35,862 nucleotides of DNA. Source: Methanomassiliicoccaceae archaeon (GTDB lineage: Archaea; Thermoplasmatota; Thermoplasmata; Methanomassiliicoccales; Methanomethylophilaceae). The stretch covers positions 1 through 35,862 of the forward strand of contig WQXR01000001.1 in NCBI GenBank assembly GCA_009784745.1. The letters are read 5' to 3'. The translations under genes and the position numbers were made by a program. A model generated the notes under the pieces. It saw only the letters and a program-made list of their open reading frames with translations. It did no database searches and was not told the origin of the DNA. Every line of letters begins with the position of its first letter. Positions within the stretch are counted from its first letter, which is position 1. This document shows, piece after piece, positions 26,685-34,320 of this stretch.

Positions 26685-26705
26685 AGGGGCAACACCCCTG
26701 TTTTT
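26685..26705. terminator. Hairpin AGGGG-CAACA-CCCCT with flanking T-rich tracts on both strands
   Basis: Lies between convergent genes. Followed by GTTTTT on plus and CCTTCCTTTCTTT on minus. Confidence 0.5.
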
Positions 26706-26713
26706 CTGCATTA

Positions 26714-27079
26714 TCAGGTGCCGAAGAAGGCTCTGACGTTCGGTCTGAGGAAATACCACGCAAGGAATGCCGCAACGAACAGTCCGAACACTCCTGAGAA
26801 ATCTCCCGTTACAATTGAGTATATGCCGAATACTATGTCAAGAGCCAGCAATACTATCACAAGATACCAGCCGAGCGTGCTGCCTTTCCAGAGGAAGTAT
26901 GCTACGATCAGCATCAGCAGGCCGATCACAAGGAAGAACCCGCCGAATATAATGCCAAACTCTAATATCTCGAGTGCGGAGCCGAGGGCGACTATCGAGA
27001 GTCCGCCGAGCAGCAAAAGCACTCCGCCGAGAGCCATCAGTATGCAGATTATGGACAGAAACGTAGGTCTTTGTGCCAT
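26714..27079 (-). CDS. Hypothetical 4-TM membrane protein, paralog of 27156..27587
   Basis: The ORF opens at 27100, but the TATA at 27102..27110 places the predicted TSS at the internal ATG 27079 (leaderless). Shares the pattern G.F...G...LI.A..L..GS..G....I.L ... Y.P...A.F with the upstream gene. Confidence 0.6.
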   Translation of the reverse strand: MAQRPTFLSIICILMALGGVLLLLGGLSIVALGSALEILEFGIIFGGFFLVIGLLMLIVAYFLWKGSTLGWYLVIVLLALDIVFGIYSIVTGDFSGVFGLFVAAFLAWYFLRPNVRAFFGT

Positions 27080-27101
27080 GCTCTGCGGAACGTTGTCCAA
27101 C

Positions 27102-27110
27102 TATATAAAA
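27102..27110 (-). promoter_or_regulatory. TATA box (TTTTATATA on minus strand)
   Basis: Its centre is ~27 nt upstream of the ATG at 27079. Confidence 0.5.
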
Positions 27111-27138
27111 AGGAAGCGGGCGCGTCAACGGACGCGCC
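27107..27138 (-). terminator. 8-bp GC-rich hairpin (GGCGCGTC-AACG-GACGCGCC) followed by T5 on minus strand
   Basis: Lies 18 nt downstream of the stop of 27156..27587. The T-run merges into the next TATA box. Confidence 0.5.
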
Positions 27139-27155
27139 GTGTTTCTGAGTACCGT

Positions 27156-27587
27156 TCAGTACGTGCGCTCCGGTTTGAAATAAGCGATCATCTGCGGCTG
27201 ATACAATATCACGAGAACAGCGATCGCAAGTATCAGTTCGATAAGGCTCAAATATCCGCCGCTGACGACGTCGAACACAGAGAAGAATATCGCGATCGCC
27301 AACACAATAATGAGCACAGTCCTTCCGCCGTTCGAACCGCTGTACAGCAGGAACGCAAGGATGAGCGAAAATATCCCCAGAAAGATGAATAAACCCGCAA
27401 CGATGATCAGGATGGCATCTATCAGATCCTCAAAAAGTTCCTCATATCCTTCCATGCCGGTGATGTCGATATCCGTACCAAGCGCAAGAAAACCTTGTAA
27501 AATGTAATACAATCCGACCGCGGCGACGATCGCCACGGCTATCCAAAGCATCACAGGTTTTCCATTATACGTTGAATTAAGGTCCAT
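27156..27587 (-). CDS. Hypothetical 4-TM membrane protein, paralog of 26714..27079
   Basis: The ORF track opens at a TTG at 27602. The ATG at 27587 lies ~26 nt downstream of TTTTTATC (27609..27618), implying a leaderless transcript. Confidence 0.6.
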   Translation of the reverse strand: MDLNSTYNGKPVMLWIAVAIVAAVGLYYILQGFLALGTDIDITGMEGYEELFEDLIDAILIIVAGLFIFLGIFSLILAFLLYSGSNGGRTVLIIVLAIAIFFSVFDVVSGGYLSLIELILAIAVLVILYQPQMIAYFKPERTY

Positions 27588-27675
27588 GTACACGCAGCAC
27601 AATGCACAGATAAAAACCTAACCTGCGGCGTTTTGCACATATGAGCCAGTTATAATCGGCGATAAGAACAACGTA

Positions 27676-28710
27676 TCATGACAGCAAGAGGTCAATAACA
27701 TTCCTGTACGCGTTCCGTACGGAGTTTATGTCGTTGACGCTTATCGTGTACATAGGTCCCTGTTCCGAATAATCACCGATAGCGGATGCGTTCGTAAGAT
27801 CATCACCGATCTTCAAAATTCCGTTAACATCCTTCTCAACCGCCTTTTTAGCGATATCATCAAAACAAAGGTATTTTCCGGATCCGTTACGTATCTCGTT
27901 CTCAATACCGTTCGTTTGGAAAGAAATTATCAAAGCAGCTTCCAACAAGCGTCTCATGACGAGAGCGCAGGAATCGAATGATCCGTTCCTGTATGATGTA
28001 TTAATCTGCATGACAAGACGATCAAGACCTTCCTTTCTTTTCTTACATCTCGTTATGTCAACGACCTCAAAGATCTCGGGTGCCGCTGTTTCCGTGTTCT
28101 TTATCCACAAATGTCCGTATTTTGAATCCAGCGCTCTGAGCGCTTCGCTTTTGAATGAGAGACTTCCGTCAAGTTTCTTATCGAATGACGGATGTTTTTT
28201 CATATCATTTTTCAAAGCATCCGCATCTTTCACGGTGACATCAACATCCTCGAACAGTTCTAACACTTTTTTCACGGAGAACATTGTGAACTTCTTTTCC
28301 TTTACCAAGTAATAACAAAAGAGTTCAAAATTCTCAATATCGGAATTTGAACCCATTTCGCATGCGCAGGCAAAATCAGGTATGCGCAGAACGGAAACGG
28401 ACGTTCCGTGAACGCCGCTTCCCCAGAGATGTCCGTACTTCTTTTCCAATGCTCTCAGCACATCATTCTTGAATTTCAATGTGCCTTCAATGCCGTGCGG
28501 TCTGAAAGAATCATATTTTTTCGTTCTTTTCTTCAATTCATTAGCATCCGGAACGGGAAGTCCCGCTTCCTCGTACATCGGGATTATCTTTTTCGGGGAG
28601 AACGAGAACGCATCCTCTTCCTTCGAAAGATAGTAACAGAACAGTTCGAAATTCTCCATCTCGTCCTTGGAGACCATGTTGCACGCGTCAGCGAAATCTG
28701 CCAATTGCAT
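27676..28710 (-). CDS. Hypothetical protein with tandem ~105-aa N-terminal duplication and a helical C-terminal domain
   Basis: Residues ~1-100 and ~108-205 align at roughly 40-45 percent identity: DFA.AC.M.S...ENFELFCYYL.KE...FS.KK...V.DA..LK...KK..SF....G.L.FK...LRAL..KYGHLW. No family recognised. Confidence 0.7.
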   Translation of the reverse strand: MQLADFADACNMVSKDEMENFELFCYYLSKEEDAFSFSPKKIIPMYEEAGLPVPDANELKKRTKKYDSFRPHGIEGTLKFKNDVLRALEKKYGHLWGSGVHGTSVSVLRIPDFACACEMGSNSDIENFELFCYYLVKEKKFTMFSVKKVLELFEDVDVTVKDADALKNDMKKHPSFDKKLDGSLSFKSEALRALDSKYGHLWIKNTETAAPEIFEVVDITRCKKRKEGLDRLVMQINTSYRNGSFDSCALVMRRLLEAALIISFQTNGIENEIRNGSGKYLCFDDIAKKAVEKDVNGILKIGDDLTNASAIGDYSEQGPMYTISVNDINSVRNAYRNVIDLLLS

Positions 28711-28802
28711 ATTCTTACCCTAAGGGTGTTCATCACATACAGGGATAAACCGTTTGCGCTGATATATGTGCGAAAATGAAGGATATACACAAAATGGTGA
28801 TA

Positions 28803-28889
28803 TGGCGCCGAGGAGGAGATTTGAACTCCCGAGGCGTTGTCGCCAGTGGTTTTCGAGACCACCACCTTACCGGACTAGATTACCTCGGC
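28803..28889 (-). tRNA. tRNA-Ser (anticodon CGA), 87 nt including encoded CCA
   Basis: Hand-folded. 7-bp acceptor stem GCCGAGG/CCTCGGC, D-arm, anticodon stem GTGGT/ACCAC with loop CTCGAAA, long variable arm GGCG-ACAA-CGCC, T-arm GGGAG-TTCAAAT-CTCCT, discriminator G, CCA. Confidence 0.92.
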
Positions 28890-28913
28890 ACTGTTCTGCG
28901 GGAGAACGTTCAT

Positions 28914-28922
28914 CTATATTTA
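28914..28922 (-). promoter_or_regulatory. TATA box (TAAATATAG on minus strand) for tRNA-Ser
   Basis: Its centre is ~29 nt upstream of the tRNA 5' end. Confidence 0.55.
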
Positions 28923-29006
28923 CGCTTTGTTCGAGATTAGGTTTATTATCTTCGTTAGTATAAGGGAAGTGCACGTTCTCGTGCGCATGTCCAAGGGGGA
29001 GAACAT

Positions 29007-30554
29007 TTGGCAACGGTCAGGAGAGCACTTATCAGCGTGTCCGATAAAAAAGGGATAGTTGAGTTCGCAAAGGAATTGGCTGCGTTGAACATTGAGATCA
29101 TTTCAACGGGCGGAACGTACAACCTTCTGAAAGAGAACGGATTAAAAGTTATCGAAGCGGCCGAGGTAACAGGATCGCCGGAAATGCTGGACGGGCGCGT
29201 CAAGACGTTGCATCCGAACATCCACGCGGGCATATTGGCAAGACGCGATAAGAAGGAACACATGGACGCGATCAGGAAAATGAACATCGGAACAATAGAC
29301 ATGGTCGTTGTTAACTTATATCCGTTCAAACAGACGGTATTGAAGAAAGCGTCATTGGACGATATCGTTGAGAACATAGATATCGGCGGCCCGAGCATGA
29401 TACGGGCCGCAGCCAAGAATTACGATTCCGTAGCAGTTATAACGAATTCCGATCAGTATGATGAAGTCATAGAACAACTGAAGGAGAACGGTTCTCTGAA
29501 CAAAGAGATATTATCAAAACTGATGGCAGAGGCATTCATTGCGACCGCCAACTACGATGCAATGATAGCGAAAACAATGTTCAAGGAGTTCTGTGAAGGT
29601 TTCCCGCGGTCGCTCCCTATACCTTCGGAAAAGGTAATGGACCTGAGATACGGCGAAAATCCAAATCAGAAAGCGGCGTTCTATTCCGATCCGTTCACAC
29701 CCGGGACCACTGTTGCAAGATCTGAGCAACTTCACGGAAAGGAATTATCATTCAATAACATACTAGACCTCGATAAATCGCTGGATATAGGAATGGATTT
29801 CGAAAGGCCTACGGCCGTCGTGATGAAACATACGAATCCCTGCGGTCTCGCTTCTGCAGATGACATTTACGAAGCGTTTGTTACCGCTTATGCCGTTGAT
29901 CCGTTATCGGCATTCGGTTGTGTGATATGTCTGAACAGAGAATGTGACGTCCGCACAGCGGAGGAGATATCAAAATATTTCGTTGAAGCGGTGATCGCGC
30001 CGAATTTCGAGAACGAAGCATTAGAGATACTGACGAAAAAGAAGAACATACGATTATTGAGAACGAACTCCCCCATATCCCCTGCACAAAGATTCCGCGA
30101 AGATAAGATGAAGAAGGTCCAAGGCGGTTATCTCGTTCAAACGGACGAGGATGTTCTCATCGATCTCAAAACACTGAAAGTGGTAACGAAACGTTCACCC
30201 ACAGATGAGGAATTAAAAGCATTAGGATTTGCATGGAAACTTGCTAAGCATGTCACTTCCAACGCGGTCGTCTACGTAAAAGGGGAAAGAGCAGTAGGAA
30301 TAGGAGCGGGACAGATGAGCCGTGTCGATTCGGCGATGATAGCGCGCGTAAAAGGCGGCGAGGGAACAAAAGGAAGTGTAATGGCATCGGACGCGTTCTT
30401 CCCGTTCCGCGACGGTGTTGATGAAGCGGCCAAAGCCGGTGTAACAGCGATAATCCAGCCAGGAGGATCGATAAGGGATCAGGAAGCAATAGACGCCGCC
30501 GATGAGCACGGAATGGCGATGATATTCACCGGCTGCCGCGTGTTCCGTCATTAG
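29007..30554 (+). CDS. purH: Bifunctional AICAR transformylase / IMP cyclohydrolase
   Basis: N-terminus RALISVSDKKG (MGS-like IMPCH domain), C-terminal AICARFT domain ending GCRVFRH. TTG start 6 nt after GGGGGAG. Confidence 0.95.
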   Translation: MATVRRALISVSDKKGIVEFAKELAALNIEIISTGGTYNLLKENGLKVIEAAEVTGSPEMLDGRVKTLHPNIHAGILARRDKKEHMDAIRKMNIGTIDMVVVNLYPFKQTVLKKASLDDIVENIDIGGPSMIRAAAKNYDSVAVITNSDQYDEVIEQLKENGSLNKEILSKLMAEAFIATANYDAMIAKTMFKEFCEGFPRSLPIPSEKVMDLRYGENPNQKAAFYSDPFTPGTTVARSEQLHGKELSFNNILDLDKSLDIGMDFERPTAVVMKHTNPCGLASADDIYEAFVTAYAVDPLSAFGCVICLNRECDVRTAEEISKYFVEAVIAPNFENEALEILTKKKNIRLLRTNSPISPAQRFREDKMKKVQGGYLVQTDEDVLIDLKTLKVVTKRSPTDEELKALGFAWKLAKHVTSNAVVYVKGERAVGIGAGQMSRVDSAMIARVKGGEGTKGSVMASDAFFPFRDGVDEAAKAGVTAIIQPGGSIRDQEAIDAADEHGMAMIFTGCRVFRH

Positions 30555-30732
30555 CATCGTCATCAATGACAATAGGAAGGCCTTGAGCCTTCCTTTTCAT
30601 ATGTCCGCCGGGGCCGCCTCGTTCTATCCTTGCCTTTTCTATACATTCATCGGAACTGCATACGAATGCGGCAAAAACGAAGTTTGTTGCGGTCTTTCCG
30701 CAAAATTGACACTCATGGTCTTCAATTCTCAT
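30526..30732 (-). CDS. Possible small zinc-ribbon protein (68 aa)
   Basis: CQFCG...CSSDEC (CxxC-N13-CxxxxC) in the first 30 residues. Divergent from hdrC. The last 29 nt overlap the purH 3' end convergently. No other support. Confidence 0.35.
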   Translation of the reverse strand: MRIEDHECQFCGKTATNFVFAAFVCSSDECIEKARIERGGPGGHMKRKAQGLPIVIDDDANDGTRGSR

Positions 30733-30803
30733 AACTTCCGCAACGGTACGTAATGATTAATCTTTTCCCATAAATTGATAAACGAAGTTTGTCTATTGAT
30801 GTC

Positions 30804-31247
30804 ATGGTCACCGCCGGCGATGTCGTATCATTATTTTCGCTTACCTCATGCACAGGATGCGGAAGGTGCGGCAAAGTATGTCCGAGCGGCCGCAACGGAG
30901 GGCCGTGTCCGAATGACATAATAGAAATTATGGTCAACTCACAGCCGACCTCCGAAATTCATGCGGATGCGTGGAAATGTTTGATGTGCCATCGCTGTTC
31001 GATGGAATGCCCGAAAGGTATTGACGTAACGAGAATGATGAGGATGCTGAGATACATCTCACCGGAGATACCGAAAAGATTTGTCAAAGCAAGCGAAACA
31101 CTGGCAGAGCAGGCCTGCGCATTTCCAGTGAACGAAGCGGTCAACAAAAAAAGAACGGATCTCAAGTTAAAAAGGATCGATATTTCCGAGAAAGCGGTCA
31201 GCGAATTAAAAGAGATAATAAGAACAACGGGGTTCCGTAATGAATGA
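30804..31247 (+). CDS. hdrC: Heterodisulfide reductase subunit C-like 2x[4Fe-4S] protein
   Basis: Two ferredoxin motifs, CTGCGRCGKVCP and CLMCHRCSMECP. The ORF opens at a TTG at 30789. The ATG at 30804 lies ~27 nt downstream of ATAAATTGA, implying a leaderless transcript. Confidence 0.7.
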   Translation: MVTAGDVVSLFSLTSCTGCGRCGKVCPSGRNGGPCPNDIIEIMVNSQPTSEIHADAWKCLMCHRCSMECPKGIDVTRMMRMLRYISPEIPKRFVKASETLAEQACAFPVNEAVNKKRTDLKLKRIDISEKAVSELKEIIRTTGFRNE

Positions 31248-32019
31248 TATTGTCCTTTATCCGGGGTGTTTGATAAGATCGCGATTGCCGTTCCTGGAAG
31301 CGGCTGTAAGATTCATCCTGAAGAAACTGAACATCGCCGCTGACGATATGGAAGATGCAACATGCTGTATCGAACCCGTCGGCCTCAGATCAATGGGTCC
31401 GCGAACATGGTTGGCAGCAACCGCAAGGATACACTCTGTCGCTTCCGGAAGAAAGATATTGACACTTTGCGACGGCTGTGATCTGTCGTTAGCGGAGGCC
31501 GGAAAGGAATTATCAACGCAGGACGGAAAAGAAAGTGTTAAAGAAATAATAAAGGACATCGGGCGCACCGTCAGCGTTACGGAGACAATAGGTCTTCTGG
31601 AATTCCTGCATTCGAATCTTGACAAAATAAAAGATAATATTGTTACCGAGATAGATTTCAACATTGCTGTATTCCCCGGATGCCATTGTGAAGCGGCATG
31701 CAAAATGAAGGGAATGTCGGCTGCGGATATGTTATCAGATATCGTGAACGCATTGGGAGGCAACGCCGTCCGCCTTCCCGCGGACCTGTGCTGCGGCGGA
31801 GGATTGGCCGGAGTGGACGATGAATTGGAAAAGAAGGTGATGCATGAATCGATATCATCAATGCGTAACGCAGATACAATAGCAGTGGTGACATCATGCC
31901 CTTTCTGCTTCCTGCAGTTCGACCTCATCGGAAGACAAACAACGTTACATGTGGCGGAATTGGTAGCATCGGGAATGGGGTGGCAGGAGGATGCGCACCG
32001 CCATCACAGAACGAAATGA
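31240..32019 (+). CDS. hdrB: Heterodisulfide reductase subunit B-like protein (two CCG domains)
   Basis: YPGC...CC(IEP)...CDGC and FPGC...CCGGG...CPFC cysteine patterns. 8-nt overlap with hdrC. At 259 aa it is somewhat short for HdrB. Confidence 0.7.
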   Translation: MNDIVLYPGCLIRSRLPFLEAAVRFILKKLNIAADDMEDATCCIEPVGLRSMGPRTWLAATARIHSVASGRKILTLCDGCDLSLAEAGKELSTQDGKESVKEIIKDIGRTVSVTETIGLLEFLHSNLDKIKDNIVTEIDFNIAVFPGCHCEAACKMKGMSAADMLSDIVNALGGNAVRLPADLCCGGGLAGVDDELEKKVMHESISSMRNADTIAVVTSCPFCFLQFDLIGRQTTLHVAELVASGMGWQEDAHRHHRTK

Positions 32020-32023
32020 TCGT

Positions 32024-32833
32024 TCATCTGACATTCAAAGAAAAATGAATTGCCTTCACAGAGTGAGTAAGCGAACCCATTGATATGATGTCGGCGAACT
32101 TTGCGTATCCGGCAGCATTCTCGGCGGTTATATTTCCGGACACTTCGATCATCGCTTTGCCTGCTTTTCTGACGGCGGCGGCGATACGTTCCGCTTCCGC
32201 CGGACAGGCGTTGTCGATCATGACGATGTCCGCAACGTTCGCAGCCATGACCGCATCATCGATATTCTCAATCTCTATCTCTATTCTTTTATCGATCTGG
32301 GTATGTTTGATGATGTTCACGATGTTCATCATACCGCCGGCCGCTTTTATGTGATTATCCTTTACCAATATCATATCATAAAGGCCGTACCTGTGCGGCA
32401 TACCACCACCCAATATTATAGCTTTCTTCTCGTACGCTCTGAACCCGGGCGTTGTTTTTCTGGTGCCGGCTATCTTGATGTTATTGTTAACGGACATGCA
32501 TTCGGTAACGATATCATTCACTGCCGTCGCAATTCCGCTCATTCTCATCATCATGTTCAGCGCCGTACGTTCGGCGGTCATTATCCTCTTTAGCGGGCCG
32601 GTGACGGTCATCACCGCAGTACCTTTCTTCACACGGGCACCGTCCTTTACACGCTTTTCGCATTTTGCGTTAAGCATCTTAAAGATCTTTCCCGCTTCCT
32701 CTAGTCCCGCGATCACGGCGTCATTCTCGCAGACGATATCAGCTGAACCGTCAACATCGGGAACGAACATCTCCGTTGTTATGTCGCCGGTACCGATATC
32801 CTCGTTCAGAAATTTTCTGAGATCATCAGACAT
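32024..32833 (-). CDS. nadC: Nicotinate-nucleotide pyrophosphorylase (quinolinate phosphoribosyltransferase)
   Basis: ERTALN, GTRKTTPG, VKDNHI motifs. 269 aa. Confidence 0.9.
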   Translation of the reverse strand: MSDDLRKFLNEDIGTGDITTEMFVPDVDGSADIVCENDAVIAGLEEAGKIFKMLNAKCEKRVKDGARVKKGTAVMTVTGPLKRIMTAERTALNMMMRMSGIATAVNDIVTECMSVNNNIKIAGTRKTTPGFRAYEKKAIILGGGMPHRYGLYDMILVKDNHIKAAGGMMNIVNIIKHTQIDKRIEIEIENIDDAVMAANVADIVMIDNACPAEAERIAAAVRKAGKAMIEVSGNITAENAAGYAKFADIISMGSLTHSVKAIHFSLNVR

Positions 32834-34064
32834 CTAACCTGAACTCCTCTCCGAGTTTCGGAAGAATGACGTTGTAATCATCTTTCAGATCATTCAGGAA
32901 CAGTTCACGGGTATCAGAGTGCATCAGAACAACGTTCTTCGGATCACATTTCCGTACGAATTCAACGATCTGGTCATGGTCGGCGTGCGCTGAGAAATCG
33001 TATTTGTGAACTTCGCATTCCACCTTCATTATCTCGCCGTCCATCATGACGCATCCGTTATCCATCAGCATACGGCCGTTGGTATCTTCTGCTTGATAAC
33101 CAACCAAGAGGATGGCGTTCTTCGGGTTCTTCCCCATTTCGCGCAGATATCCCAGTACGGGGCCGCCGTCGAGCATCCCGCCGGTCGTTACGATGATCTC
33201 TCCTTTACTCGATTGTGACCTCATGTTCGGATTCCTTACTTCTTGGAACACTCTCTTTGCGCTCTTGAGTTTTTTGTGATCCAGAAGATATTCCGGGTAA
33301 TTCATGTAAAGGCGTGTTATACTCCTGCCCATCCCGTCCACCCACATGTCATAGCCGCTGTTCCTGAGCAAAAGCATTATCTCCTGCGTTCGTCCCGTTG
33401 CAAAGCAAGGTATCAGGACGCGTCCTCCTCTGTCGGTAACTTCTGCTATTTTGTTAAGGAACATCGCTTCCGATTCCTTTCTCGGTATGTGGATACGTCC
33501 GCCGTACGTTCCTTCGATGAACAGATTTTCACAATCGACCGAACGTGCCGGTCCGACAAGCCTTGTGCTTATTGTATGAATATCACCGGAATATACTGTG
33601 GACGTGTCACCGACGATCTCGAACATCGCCGCACCCGGCACATGGCCGGCAGAATGCATCGTAATATCAAAATCATCAAGATCCGCGGTGTCACCGAACG
33701 TCAGCGGAATGACGTTCCTCATCGTTCTGTCTATATCTCCTTTCGTATAAGGGAGAGGATAATTCTCCGATTTTGCAATTTTTAGGCTGTCGTTCATCAT
33801 TATCTCGCTTACTTCCGCGGTGAGCGGAGTTGTGAAAAGTTCACAATTATCGCGGCCGCAGACACTCGGCACCATTCCGCAGTGGTCCAGATGGCAATGC
33901 GTTAAGAAAACGCGATCTATCCGGCCGCTCTCAAGCGGATATTCCGGCGGTTTCGTGGGACTCATGCCGTATTCGAATAATGACGTTATTCCGTTATACT
34001 GCATCGTCATTCCCATGCGGCCTATGGCATCCGCTCCGCCCAAGAATCTGAATTTCATTTCCAT
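32826..34064 (-). CDS. Metallo-beta-lactamase / beta-CASP ribonuclease (aCPSF2-like)
   Basis: HxHxDH motif (THCHLDHCG), a beta-CASP insertion, C-terminal H motifs (SAHADH, VLMHSD). The ~410-aa length fits the short archaeal CPSF group. Confidence 0.8.
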   Translation of the reverse strand: MEMKFRFLGGADAIGRMGMTMQYNGITSLFEYGMSPTKPPEYPLESGRIDRVFLTHCHLDHCGMVPSVCGRDNCELFTTPLTAEVSEIMMNDSLKIAKSENYPLPYTKGDIDRTMRNVIPLTFGDTADLDDFDITMHSAGHVPGAAMFEIVGDTSTVYSGDIHTISTRLVGPARSVDCENLFIEGTYGGRIHIPRKESEAMFLNKIAEVTDRGGRVLIPCFATGRTQEIMLLLRNSGYDMWVDGMGRSITRLYMNYPEYLLDHKKLKSAKRVFQEVRNPNMRSQSSKGEIIVTTGGMLDGGPVLGYLREMGKNPKNAILLVGYQAEDTNGRMLMDNGCVMMDGEIMKVECEVHKYDFSAHADHDQIVEFVRKCDPKNVVLMHSDTRELFLNDLKDDYNVILPKLGEEFRLDV

Positions 34065-34112
34065 TGGTATCTCTCCCGTTTGTATGTTCGCCTTTTGTAA
34101 AGGACTTTGTGA

Positions 34113-34134
34113 AAAGAGGTCGGACGACCTCTTT
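34113..34134 (-). terminator. 9-bp hairpin AAAGAGGTC-GGAC-GACCTCTTT (T4 follows on minus strand)
   Basis: Perfect stem checked by eye. Lies ~190 nt downstream of the ATPase gene stop and ~12 nt upstream of the TATA-like TTTACAAAA of the beta-CASP gene. Confidence 0.4.
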
Positions 34135-34320
34135 GGACCTGCATTCTATAGGAAGCGCACGCATCAGCGGGCGCATACATTTAAAGGCCGATTGTCAACA
34201 GTGGTATTTAACTCTGTTTGAAAAGAAGACGGAATGTTTTGACAAGTAGTTATTCTTACTGTAAGGATAACCTCTTTTCAAAACGGAAAAGAAGACGGAA
34301 AGATATACGTTCCGGCGTTA

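Noticed and set aside
26718-27392. 224-aa plus-strand ORF spanning the two minus-strand membrane protein genes
   Set aside because: It crosses a hairpin terminator and TATA box. It is hydrophilic and low-complexity. The minus-strand frames give coherent paralogous 4-TM proteins with their own signals.
26133-28889. Integrated mobile element or provirus at tRNA-Ser
   Set aside because: I found no integrase, capsid or replication gene. I found no duplicated tRNA fragment (att) by eye and saw no obvious compositional break. It is kept only as an accessory-islet hypothesis.
31257-31928. 223-aa ORF antisense to the hdrB-like gene
   Set aside because: The sense frame carries the diagnostic CCG cysteine motifs and is coupled to hdrC. 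The antisense product is featureless.
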